Shown here piece after piece: positions 50,773-59,747 of a stretch of 64,000 bases of DNA. Each line of letters opens with the position of its first letter. Positions within the stretch are counted from its first letter, which is position 1. This DNA is from an uncultured Campylobacterales bacterium (GTDB lineage: Bacteria > Campylobacterota > Campylobacteria > Campylobacterales > CAZCQG01), in assembly GCA_964500775.1 (NCBI GenBank), contig CAZCQG010000006.1:5584-69583 (forward strand), read 5' to 3'. Made by a program: the position numbers and the translations under genes. Under the pieces are notes generated by a model that saw nothing but the letters and a program-made list of their open reading frames with translations, was not told the origin of the DNA and ran no database searches.

Positions 50773-51486
50773 TTAATCCTTTATACTTCTCAAAAATGCT
50801 TGGTAAATTAAATCCAACTCTTTATCTTTATCGTCTAGATCAATATCACTTGAACGCAACGCATCCTCGATAAGTCCGATTCTTTTTACGATATATTCAA
50901 ATAATTGCCTATCAATATCGGGAAGTTTATTTTGCTCGGTAGGATTCTTCGCTCGCCCTTTTTCTATGATTCTAGCGGGGATTCCCACCGCGGTAGAATC
51001 TTCGGGGACGTTTTTTACCACGACGCTGTTTGCCCCTATTTTGCTATTATCCCCCACGGTAATATTGCCGAGTATCTTTGCTCCTGCGCCGATGACTACA
51101 CCACTCCCTATCGTAGGGTGTCTTTTGACCCGCTCCAAGCTCGTGCCGCCCAAAGAGACGCATTGGTATATCGTGACATCATCGCCTACCTCGGCAGTCT
51201 CTCCTATCACCACACCGATACCGTGATCTATAAATACCCGCCGTCCGATTTTTGCCGCAGGATGTATATCGATATTGGTGACAAACTGCGTGAATCCCAT
51301 AAGGATTCTCGCTAAGAGGGTAAAACCTTTCCCGTGAAGTCTATGGGCGATTCTGTGGTGCACTATGGCGCACAAACCGGGATAGTTGAAAAAAAGCTCT
51401 AGCTTGGATCGTATCGCCGGATCTTTTTGATAAACGATTCTAAAGTCTTCCCTGATTTGCGCCCAAAGTCCTATTTTTTGCATCAT
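50773..51486 (-). CDS. cysE: serine O-acetyltransferase
   Basis: 237 aa. N-terminal SAT helical domain (DPA.RSKLE....YPG..A...HR.AH.L) followed by hexapeptide repeats (IHPAAKIG..VFIDHGIGVVIGETA). Confidence 0.85.
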   Translation of the reverse strand: MMQKIGLWAQIREDFRIVYQKDPAIRSKLELFFNYPGLCAIVHHRIAHRLHGKGFTLLARILMGFTQFVTNIDIHPAAKIGRRVFIDHGIGVVIGETAEVGDDVTIYQCVSLGGTSLERVKRHPTIGSGVVIGAGAKILGNITVGDNSKIGANSVVVKNVPEDSTAVGIPARIIEKGRAKNPTEQNKLPDIDRQLFEYIVKRIGLIEDALRSSDIDLDDKDKELDLIYQAFLRSIKD

Positions 51487-53331
51487 CTACAGCGCACCTG
51501 CCGCCATACTTCTAAGATAGCCGTTTTCGCTTAGTATCACGTAGAGTTTTCCCATAATCTCTTTTTTTCTCTCTTCGCCGATGAGTTTTGATTCTTCTAT
51601 CATTAGTTTCATTCTCCGCTCTATGTCTTTTACATCATAATCAAGATCTTCGAGCACATCCCAAATACTTTGAGATTCTAACAAGTTTTTGATGGCGTAT
51701 TTGCCATCCTCGTCGAAATCTACACTTATCTCCGTGGGGTGCGTAAAGAGATTGTGCCGCATACCGAGCACCTCTTGATATGCACCGATAAGGAAAAAGC
51801 CCAAGAAGTAATCCTCTTTTTCGACATCTACATCGTGTAGAAAAAGAGGTCTGTTTTTGTTAAACCCTATCTCTCCGTCACTATCGCACGTGATGTCCCA
51901 AAGGCTCGCACTTCTCGTGGGTTTTTCTTTGAGCCTATCTAGCGGCATAACGGGGAAATTTTGTCCAAGCCCCCAATAATCGGGCAAAGACTGGAACATT
52001 GAAAAATTCACCAAATACCGCTCTTGGACACGCTCTTGTATGCTGATTATATCTTTATGATTTTTGTCTTTGAGGAAATTCACTGCCTTTTTTATAATCA
52101 GATGCACCAATACCTCGGTATTACTCCTGTCTACTAGATCAATATACCCTAGGTCAAATAGTGTCAAGAGCGATTCCATATGGTCTAGCGAATCGTGCAG
52201 ATATTCGATCGCGTTGTTTTGATTCATCGTCCGCAAAAGCTCGTTTAGCTCAATAATAAGCTGTGGATTTTGCTCCTTTTCTATGAGCTCTTTACTCTCG
52301 TATTCTTGCGAGAATAGTTCCAACACGGGAGCGGTCAAAACGGAGTGACTCGCGGAGATAAAGCGCCCTGATTCTATAAAAATATCGGGTTCGGGGACTT
52401 TTTTATTCACCGCAATATCTTTTATGAGATAGATAACGTCACTACTGTATTCATCCAAAGTGTAGTTTCTATCGGTGTACTCCTCGTGCTGCGAATACTC
52501 CACCGCCAAGCCGCCGCCGAGGTTGATAGAATTTAATGCGTGCGCTCCCATTTTTTTGAGTTCGGCATAGAGGTGTCCGGCTTCGCGAAGCGCTTTTTTA
52601 AGCGGATGGATGTCGTTTATCTGCGATCCGATATGGAAATGTATCATCCCGAATCTATCGAGTAGATCGTGTTTCTCTAGTAGTGAAAATGCCACGAGTA
52701 TCTCGGTGCTCGTCAGTCCGAATTTAGAATTTATTCCGCCGCTTTTTGCCCAGATTCCGACACCCGAGCTATGGAGTCGCATACGCAAACCGATTTTTGG
52801 ATAAGGCTTGCCCATCTCTTTTGTCACTTCGATGATTTGTTCAAGTTCATTCAACCCTTCGATAGTGAGGGTGATGTCATGCCCCATTTGCGCCGCGGCA
52901 AATCCTAGTCTGATAAGTTCTTTGTCTTTAAATCCGTTTACGGTTATGGGCTTCCCTATGTTATTGTATGCCATCGCGATGATAAGCTCGGCTTTACTTC
53001 CCGCTTCTAGCCCATACTCTAGCTCTTTAGATTTTTCGACGAGTGGCAATACGAAATTTGGAAATTGATTGACCTTCAGAGGAAATACCGCTTTAAATTT
53101 TCCGCCGTAGTTATAATCTTTTATCGCCTTGTTAAAGCGTTCAAAAATCGTGTTGATCTGTTTTTGTATAAGGTGCGGGAATCGAATAAGCAAAGGTCCC
53201 CTATATCCCATCTCCCGAACCTCTTTGACGATGTCTACAAGTGCAGGCTTGCTTTTATGGTTTATCTTTACCTTCCCCTCTTCGATGACAAAATCGCCGT
53301 TACCCCAATAATCTATCCCGTATCTATTCAT
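51487..53331 (-). CDS. speA: biosynthetic arginine decarboxylase
   Basis: 614 aa. N-terminal YGIDYWGNGDF, FPLKVNQ (PLP lysine region) and HFHIGSQ motifs. Abuts cysE with no gap. Confidence 0.9.
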   Translation of the reverse strand: MNRYGIDYWGNGDFVIEEGKVKINHKSKPALVDIVKEVREMGYRGPLLIRFPHLIQKQINTIFERFNKAIKDYNYGGKFKAVFPLKVNQFPNFVLPLVEKSKELEYGLEAGSKAELIIAMAYNNIGKPITVNGFKDKELIRLGFAAAQMGHDITLTIEGLNELEQIIEVTKEMGKPYPKIGLRMRLHSSGVGIWAKSGGINSKFGLTSTEILVAFSLLEKHDLLDRFGMIHFHIGSQINDIHPLKKALREAGHLYAELKKMGAHALNSINLGGGLAVEYSQHEEYTDRNYTLDEYSSDVIYLIKDIAVNKKVPEPDIFIESGRFISASHSVLTAPVLELFSQEYESKELIEKEQNPQLIIELNELLRTMNQNNAIEYLHDSLDHMESLLTLFDLGYIDLVDRSNTEVLVHLIIKKAVNFLKDKNHKDIISIQERVQERYLVNFSMFQSLPDYWGLGQNFPVMPLDRLKEKPTRSASLWDITCDSDGEIGFNKNRPLFLHDVDVEKEDYFLGFFLIGAYQEVLGMRHNLFTHPTEISVDFDEDGKYAIKNLLESQSIWDVLEDLDYDVKDIERRMKLMIEESKLIGEERKKEIMGKLYVILSENGYLRSMAAGAL

Positions 53332-53410
53332 TCCGTTTCTCTCTTGTTAAATACAATTTCCGTATAATTCGCGTAATTATAGTTTATTACATATTTATAT
53401 TAGGACACTT

Positions 53411-54760
53411 ATGGAGTTAATTACACCTCGGACACTAAGCGGATTTAAGGACAGACTCCCTAAAGAAGCGATACTCAAACAAAATATTCTACAAAGCGTG
53501 AGCGAAGTTTTTAGAAGCTTTGGATTTGTCCCCATTGAGACACCGCATCTAGAATATGCCGAGATTCTGATAAAACAAGGGAGTGACGAGATTCAAAAAG
53601 AGCTCTACCGATTCAAAGACCACGGCGATAGAGACGTGGCGCTGCGATTTGACCTCACCGTCCCTTTGGCACGATTTATCTCGCAACATAGAGGCGTGCT
53701 AGGACTGCCCTTTAAGCGCTACGCGTTCGGCAATGTATTTCGCGGTGAGCGCGCACAACGTGGAAGATATAGAGAGTTCACCCAGTGTGATTTTGATTTT
53801 ATCGGGAGTGAGGGAACGTACGCCGATGCCGAGACGATTATGGTCATCCACGCTTCGCTTAAAAAAATCGGGGTTGAACATTTCACTATTAGCATCAACA
53901 ATAGAAAGCTGATGAACGGTCTCTGCGAGAGTATCGGTGCAAGTGATGCAATAGAATCTATCTTAAGAATCATCGATAAAATCGACAAAATAGGGGCAGA
54001 TTCGGTAAAAAATGAACTTGTTAGCGAAGTCGGACTAAGTAGCGACAATATCGATGAGATTTTTAGATTTATCTCACTCAAAGAAGAAGATAACGACAGT
54101 ATAGCCCTTTTAGAAAAACTCGCTGCCCTTTTTGATAATGAAAAAATCACCCTTGGAATCCAAGAACTCAAAGAAACGATAGGGTATCTCCATGCAGCGG
54201 GTATCGACAAAAAATACTACAAGGTAGATCTCTCTATCGCCAGAGGTTTGGGGTACTACACGGGAATCGTATATGAGACGTTTTTGGATGGAAAACGGGA
54301 CATCGGGAGTGTGAGCTCGGGTGGGCGATACGATAACCTCACCGCGACATTTAGCAAAGAGGCTATGAGCGGAGTAGGCGCATCTATCGGGATAGACCGT
54401 CTTATCGCCGCGCTTGGTGAAGATGATTTAACCACAAAAGAGACGACAGCGGAGATTCTTGTAGCTCCGATATTTGAAGGTGCGATGGGTCATGCGATAC
54501 GATGTGCCTCACTGCTAAGAGAAGCAGGCATCGCTACCGAACTCTTCCCCGAGATCGCAAAGCCAAAAAAAGCACTCAATTACGCAAATAAAAAGGGTCA
54601 TGAATTTGCCGTTATCATCGGCGAAGATGAGACCAAAGAGGGGAAAATCACCCTCAAAGATCTACGAAGCGGGGAGCAAAAAAATATGATTACGCCGCAA
54701 GAGGGGCGTGTTTTTGTCTCGGAGCTAAAACATCAAGCAGCTCCATCCACAAAGATTTAG
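53411..54760 (+). CDS. hisS: histidine--tRNA ligase
   Basis: 449 aa. Class II motifs (FRGERAQRGRYREFTQCD, GGRYDNL, GVGASIGIDRL) and a C-terminal anticodon-binding domain. Confidence 0.9.
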   Translation: MELITPRTLSGFKDRLPKEAILKQNILQSVSEVFRSFGFVPIETPHLEYAEILIKQGSDEIQKELYRFKDHGDRDVALRFDLTVPLARFISQHRGVLGLPFKRYAFGNVFRGERAQRGRYREFTQCDFDFIGSEGTYADAETIMVIHASLKKIGVEHFTISINNRKLMNGLCESIGASDAIESILRIIDKIDKIGADSVKNELVSEVGLSSDNIDEIFRFISLKEEDNDSIALLEKLAALFDNEKITLGIQELKETIGYLHAAGIDKKYYKVDLSIARGLGYYTGIVYETFLDGKRDIGSVSSGGRYDNLTATFSKEAMSGVGASIGIDRLIAALGEDDLTTKETTAEILVAPIFEGAMGHAIRCASLLREAGIATELFPEIAKPKKALNYANKKGHEFAVIIGEDETKEGKITLKDLRSGEQKNMITPQEGRVFVSELKHQAAPSTKI

Positions 54761-55121
54761 AGCTTCTATTTGCCAGCTCAAGATTAAGATCAAGTATCTT
54801 TGAGAGCACCTTGATGTCTCCTCCGTTTAGACGAGGGGATACCAAAAATCTGTCTTGTCCGACATTGAGGTAGCTAAACCCAAAGCTATTTTCGTATCTT
54901 TTTTGTGTTCCTACTGCATCGTCGCTTTTGAAAACGACGATTCTCCCGTCAAAAGTTTTTGCAAGATGAATATCTCGCTTTTCTAGTTTGATTTTCAATT
55001 TCGCAGGAAGCGAGATCCAAACAAGCTCGCCGTTGTCATTCACATAGCTTTCCGTTTGACCTTTTACCATCACCTCTCTTTTTGTGATAGCGTAGTCGTT
55101 GCTCGCATCTATGTACAACAT
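54690..55121 (-). CDS. hypothetical protein
   Basis: 143-aa ORF with no recognised motif. Its last ~23 codons overlap the hisS 3' end convergently. Confidence 0.35.
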   Translation of the reverse strand: MLYIDASNDYAITKREVMVKGQTESYVNDNGELVWISLPAKLKIKLEKRDIHLAKTFDGRIVVFKSDDAVGTQKRYENSFGFSYLNVGQDRFLVSPRLNGGDIKVLSKILDLNLELANRSSKSLWMELLDVLAPRQKHAPLAA

Positions 55122-55188
55122 TGTTACTTCCTTATTATAAAAATGTTTGACATAAAAGCAAAATATATACCTTTTAGGTTACAAAAAC

Positions 55189-55578
55189 CTAGATTCCCAT
55201 CTCTTCGATTACCGCCTTCAAAATATCCGACATAGAGATAATTCCTTCTAATCTATTGTTGCTAAATACAAGCAGTCTCTTGATATTCTGATTAGTCATA
55301 AGCTTTGCAACATATTTTACGTCTAGCTCTTTTGAGATATAGAGCGCGGGCTTCGTACTCACATCATAGACATTGAGCAAATCAATATCGCCGTCATCCG
55401 CAATAATCTCCTTGAGTATCGTCGTGTAAGTAATAATGCCGTATGCATCGTGTTCGTTTTTTCTGTCGACTACGAGCGATTTTACCTTCTTATCGCGCAT
55501 CATTTTCATCGCATCGCGCAATGAACTAAGAGGCGAAACGATATGCACCTCCGTCGTCATTATCTCTTTTACTAACAT
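55189..55578 (-). CDS. CBS-pair domain protein
   Basis: 129 aa. Two CBS motifs (VKEIMTTEVHIVSP...M....V.SLVV and the GIIS.SDILKA type). Confidence 0.75.
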   Translation of the reverse strand: MLVKEIMTTEVHIVSPLSSLRDAMKMMRDKKVKSLVVDRKNEHDAYGIITYTTILKEIIADDGDIDLLNVYDVSTKPALYISKELDVKYVAKLMTNQNIKRLLVFSNNRLEGIISMSDILKAVIEEMGI

Positions 55579-55587
55579 TTTTTCTCC

Positions 55588-55932
55588 TTATAGCTCTTCT
55601 TTGATTTGCTCTTCGAACTTTTCTAAGTCTTTGAGATTGAGACCGCTTAAATGCTCTATGGGCAAGCTAAAAGCAAGTCCGCTTCCTTGCGATTCGTTAA
55701 GAAATTTTTTTATCTCTTTAAAGACCTTGACGAGTAATTTTTTCTCTAAAATATAAAGCAGAATAGTCTGTGAACCTTCATACGTCAGCCCGAAAAATGA
55801 TTTTCGCTCCTCTCCGGCACTTCCTCTTCCATTCAGAATCGTCACCCCTGCAGCTCCCGCTTCAGACGCTATTTTTCTTGTTTTTTCCTCAAGCTCCTCG
55901 GCGACGATCGCCACCAAAACGGCAAATTTCAT
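55588..55932 (-). CDS. P-II-like small regulatory protein
   Basis: 114 aa. [18 protein letters not shown]...[17 protein letters not shown] fits the P-II fold pattern. Overlaps the upstream DUF1538-like gene by 4 nt. Confidence 0.5.
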   Translation of the reverse strand: MKFAVLVAIVAEELEEKTRKIASEAGAAGVTILNGRGSAGEERKSFFGLTYEGSQTILLYILEKKLLVKVFKEIKKFLNESQGSGLAFSLPIEHLSGLNLKDLEKFEEQIKEEL

Positions 55933-57437
55933 TGTAAGCTCCTCTCATCTTTTTTGGATACCCTCTCAATAATGATTCCATAAAGCATCACGGTGACCAT
56001 AGGAAAAAGCGATGCAAAAGCAATAAGTCCAAACCCATCGATCAAAGGACTTCTCCCCTCGATATTCGTAGCCAGCCCAAGACCTAGTGCCGCCACCAAA
56101 GGGACGGTGACCGTAGAGGTCGTCACGCCGCCGCTATCATAAGCGATAGGGATGATATATCGAGGCGCGATGTAGGTAAGTATTATCACCAAGACATACC
56201 CCGTCATTATATAATACTGTATCGAATCCCCTACTACGATCCTATAGCACCCCAAGGCAATACCTATCGCGACACCAAGTGCCACGAAGATTCTAAGATA
56301 AAAATCGTTTATCTTGTTTTGACTTATCTCTTTTGCCTTTATCGCCACGGCGATTAGGGCAGGCTCTGCCATCGTGGTAGAGAATCCTATCAAGAATCCA
56401 AAGAGATAGATAAGTGCCATATTCCCTTTTTCGGTGAGCTGAAATGCCATAGATTCGCCAAGCCCGAATAACCCCATCTCTAGACCTACGATAAAAGCAT
56501 CTAATCCTATTAGCAATAACAAGAATCCAACGATTACTTTTTTAACATGGGGAATCTGCTTTTTAATCACCAAAAATTGGAAAAATAAAATAACGAATAT
56601 GATCGGTAAAACATCTTTGACAACCGCCAAAAAATCATACAACAGGGTGATAACCGTCCCCTTTTGCTCCTCGTTTACGAGTGTTTCGACAACTTTTTGT
56701 GCCACGACACCGTCTACTTGAGCCGCTTCACCGAGTAGATATACGAAAATGCCGTAAACTTGGACGAAAATCATAGGAGTGAGCGATGCTAAAGCGATAA
56801 GTCCAAAACCGTCTATCACGGGATTTCTCCCCCGTATGCTTGAGGCTAGACCTATCCCTAGCGCCGTGACCAAGGGCACCGTGACCGTAGAGGTCGTCAC
56901 GCCGCCGCTATCATACGCTAGCCCCACGATCTCGGGCGGAGTAAAAAAGGTCAATAGTACGACAAAGACATATCCTGCAATGATAATCAAGTGGATAGGT
57001 GTCCCAAGGAGTATGCGCAACACGCCGATAGCGATAGCACACCCCACCGAGAGTGCTACGACGAGTCGCAAAGTAAACGCATCTATCCTTCCCAAACTTA
57101 TTTCTTGCGCTTTATTTGCTATGGCTATGAGGGCGGGCTCTGCGATGGTGGTAGAAAAGCCGATAAGAAATGCAAATAATAAAAGCCAAAAGAGCGACCC
57201 TTTTTTTGCAAATTCGTTCGCTAGATTCTCGCCGAGCGGAAAGATACCTAGCTCTAACCCCTGTATAAATACCGCGAGACCGAAAGCGACGATGCTTAGA
57301 CCTAGTACGACTTGTAAGATGTTTTCGGGAATCTGTTGCAATATTGCAAATTGAAAAAATGCGATTACGGCGATAATGGGCAATAAGTCCCTAAAAGATG
57401 ATTTTAGTAATATAAAAAAAAACTTAACTTGTTCCAA
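55929..57437 (-). CDS. polytopic membrane protein with internal duplication (DUF1538-like)
   Basis: 502 aa. The two halves share [24 protein letters not shown]....[16 protein letters not shown]. There are about 12 hydrophobic segments. Confidence 0.6.
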   Translation of the reverse strand: MEQVKFFFILLKSSFRDLLPIIAVIAFFQFAILQQIPENILQVVLGLSIVAFGLAVFIQGLELGIFPLGENLANEFAKKGSLFWLLLFAFLIGFSTTIAEPALIAIANKAQEISLGRIDAFTLRLVVALSVGCAIAIGVLRILLGTPIHLIIIAGYVFVVLLTFFTPPEIVGLAYDSGGVTTSTVTVPLVTALGIGLASSIRGRNPVIDGFGLIALASLTPMIFVQVYGIFVYLLGEAAQVDGVVAQKVVETLVNEEQKGTVITLLYDFLAVVKDVLPIIFVILFFQFLVIKKQIPHVKKVIVGFLLLLIGLDAFIVGLEMGLFGLGESMAFQLTEKGNMALIYLFGFLIGFSTTMAEPALIAVAIKAKEISQNKINDFYLRIFVALGVAIGIALGCYRIVVGDSIQYYIMTGYVLVIILTYIAPRYIIPIAYDSGGVTTSTVTVPLVAALGLGLATNIEGRSPLIDGFGLIAFASLFPMVTVMLYGIIIERVSKKDERSLQ

Positions 57438-57544
57438 TAATTGCCTTTTTTACTTTTCAAAAAATTAAGTATAACAATTTTTCCTTATCCTTCTTATAGC
57501 TCGACAAAAAAGCTCTTTTTAGATACAATTCCACTCTCAATTTT

Positions 57545-57621
57545 GCGCTCGTAGCTCAGCTGGATAGAGCAACAGGTTGCGGTCCTGTAGGTCGGGGATT
57601 CGAATTCCTCCGAGCGCGCCA
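57545..57621 (+). tRNA. tRNA-Arg, anticodon read as GCG
   Basis: Manual cloverleaf: GCGCTCG-TA-GCTC-AGCTGGATA-GAGC-A-ACAGG-TTGCGGT-CCTGT-AGGTC-GGGGA-TTCGAAT-TCCTC-CGAGCGC-G-CCA. All stems pair and the CCA is encoded. Confidence 0.85.
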
Positions 57622-57710
57622 CCTCATTATTACCAAATCGTTGCAAATACCCTCATTATTCAATAAGTATGAATTTTATATAATTCGTAACACACATCAA
57701 GGAGTTACGA

Positions 57711-58481
57711 ATGCGATTCTTATTTTCTATCCTCTTGCTCACTTCAGCTCTTTTTGCAAAAGTCACCTTTACCGCCACCGCCTCGCCCAATATCCTCCCA
57801 ATTTTCGTGATGATGGAGAAGGGATTTGCCGATGTCGATTTTATCCCCACAAACGGCGGTATGCCCGAGCTAGCGGCAATGCTCAAAGGAAAAAAAGCGG
57901 ATGCTTTTTCGGCAAACGCCGAAGCGGTAAAAAAAATAACGGAAGGGACGGAGTTTATCGCGATAAATACTAATGTCGCCAAAGCAGTCTACATCCTCTC
58001 CTATACGCCGATTGATTCGCCAAAGTCGTTGGAATCTTTAAAAATCGTCTCGGCTATGCCCGGCGGCACCCCCGACAAACTTTTTCAAAAACTCTCTTTA
58101 GCGAATAAACCCACTTTTCTGGATGTCCCTATGGCAAAACAGCTATTTTTGAAAAAAGAGTTTGATGCCATCCTCCTCCCCGAGCCGCATATTTCCGAAC
58201 TCATCGGAAAATCGCAAGGAATCCAAACCTATATTTTTGACCTCAACCCCAAAGAAGGTGCGGCGCTCAATAGCGCGGCGATCTTGGATTTGGAGAAAAA
58301 AGGGGAGATAAACGACGCGTATCAAAAAGCGATAGAATTTATCCACGCCTCACCCGAAGAATCAGCACAGATATTCGCACGCTATTACGAAAAATATTTC
58401 AATGCAAAATTTAACGCCGATGCGCTCAAGAAGGCATTGGAATCAAAGAGATTGCTATTTGAACTCAAGGTGCTCAAATAA
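57711..58481 (+). CDS. ABC transporter periplasmic substrate-binding protein (NMT1/SsuA-like)
   Basis: 256 aa with signal peptide MRFLFSILLLTSALFA. Followed by permease and ATPase genes. The family call is tentative. Confidence 0.6.
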   Translation: MRFLFSILLLTSALFAKVTFTATASPNILPIFVMMEKGFADVDFIPTNGGMPELAAMLKGKKADAFSANAEAVKKITEGTEFIAINTNVAKAVYILSYTPIDSPKSLESLKIVSAMPGGTPDKLFQKLSLANKPTFLDVPMAKQLFLKKEFDAILLPEPHISELIGKSQGIQTYIFDLNPKEGAALNSAAILDLEKKGEINDAYQKAIEFIHASPEESAQIFARYYEKYFNAKFNADALKKALESKRLLFELKVLK

Positions 58482-58501
58482 AGTACAGATTCTTAGCGAC
58501 G

Positions 58502-59200
58502 GTGTTATTGGTAGTCGTTTGGTATGCGCTCTCTTTTTATAGCGATCCCTTTTTCTTCCCCTACCCGCATACCGTCACCCTAAAGATTCTAGAGCTATTG
58601 GGGGGCGATACCCTGTATGATTTGGTGTTTACTTTTTTGCGTATTATGCTGTTGCTCCTTTTTGTCCTATGCATAAGCGCACTTGCCGTTATTACCGCGC
58701 TCAAAAGCGACGCGCTCAAAAATTTCATACGGGAACTTGCCGCTTTGTTTGTGAAGATTCCCACCATCGCCTACATCACTATTTTTATGATACTTTGCGG
58801 TGTCAATGATTTTTCTATTTATCTAAGCATCTTAGCCGTTAGCGTCCCTTTTACGATTCTAAACCTCATTGCCGTATTTGATAAAAGAGATCAAAATATA
58901 CTTGATATGGCGCAGGTTTTTAACGTCCGGTTTTTGCTTTTGGTGCGATTCTATTATGAGAACTTTCTCAAAGAATCACTTCAAAGTCTCTTTGTCGCGA
59001 CATTTTCTCTCTCCTACAAAGCCCTCATAATGGCTGAATTTTTGATAGGCGTAAACGGTCTTGGGAGGGCGCTCGTGGAATATAGAAACGATCTTGATAT
59101 GAGCGGTGTGCTCGCTAGCGTCGTGCTTATCGCCCTTTTAGGGACGCTGATACAAAAAGGATTGGAGGCGGGAGTTGGATACCTTGGTACGTCTCGATAA
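58502..59200 (+). CDS. ABC transporter permease
   Basis: 232 aa, GTG start, about 6 TM segments. Contains an EAA-like loop region (ILDMAQVFNVRFLLLVRF). Confidence 0.65.
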   Translation: MLLVVVWYALSFYSDPFFFPYPHTVTLKILELLGGDTLYDLVFTFLRIMLLLLFVLCISALAVITALKSDALKNFIRELAALFVKIPTIAYITIFMILCGVNDFSIYLSILAVSVPFTILNLIAVFDKRDQNILDMAQVFNVRFLLLVRFYYENFLKESLQSLFVATFSLSYKALIMAEFLIGVNGLGRALVEYRNDLDMSGVLASVVLIALLGTLIQKGLEAGVGYLGTSR

Positions 59201-59747
59201 ATGCTCCTTAGGCTATACGGATGCGATCGTTATAGAGGCGCTTGATTTTACGCTACACACGGAAGAGAAAGTCGCGATACTCGGGAGGAGCGGGAGAGGA
59301 AAAACGACGTTTATAAAAACACTCATCGGTCTTTTATCGCCAAAAAGCGGTAGGCTAGAGCGGTATTTTAAAAAAAGCGGGTATTTATGCCAAAACTACA
59401 CCCTCATCGATTCTATTACCGCTCTGCAAAATATCGTTTTTGTTTGCGACAATATTACCCGCGCAAAGGAAATGCTCACTTTGGTAGGGATGGAAAAATA
59501 CGGTGAGAGATTCCCCAAGGAGCTTAGTAAAGGGATGCAAAAACGTGTCGAACTCGCAAGGGCTTTGAGCGTAAAACCCGATTTATTGGTACTTGACGAA
59601 CCTTTTGCGAATCTCGATAAAAAAAGTAGACTAGAGCTAATACACATCACCAAAGAATACCTCGCGCTCCACAAAAGCGCTCTGCTCTACGTCACCCATG
59701 ACGAAGAGGAAGCGAAGCAACTGTGCGATACTACGCTGCGATTCTAG
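59175..59747 (+). CDS. ABC transporter ATP-binding protein (short form)
   Basis: 190 aa, TTG start. Walker A GRSGRGKTT, signature LSKGMQKRV, Walker B LLVLDEPF, H-loop VTHD. Confidence 0.75.
   Translation: MDTLVRLDKCSLGYTDAIVIEALDFTLHTEEKVAILGRSGRGKTTFIKTLIGLLSPKSGRLERYFKKSGYLCQNYTLIDSITALQNIVFVCDNITRAKEMLTLVGMEKYGERFPKELSKGMQKRVELARALSVKPDLLVLDEPFANLDKKSRLELIHITKEYLALHKSALLYVTHDEEEAKQLCDTTLRF

Noticed and set aside
57622-57660. 10-nt direct repeat CCTCATTATT at the 3' end of tRNA-Arg and again 29 nt downstream, considered as an integrase att-site scar
   Set aside because: It is too short and too close together. There is no integrase or foreign-looking DNA next to it, and the downstream genes are an ordinary ABC transporter.
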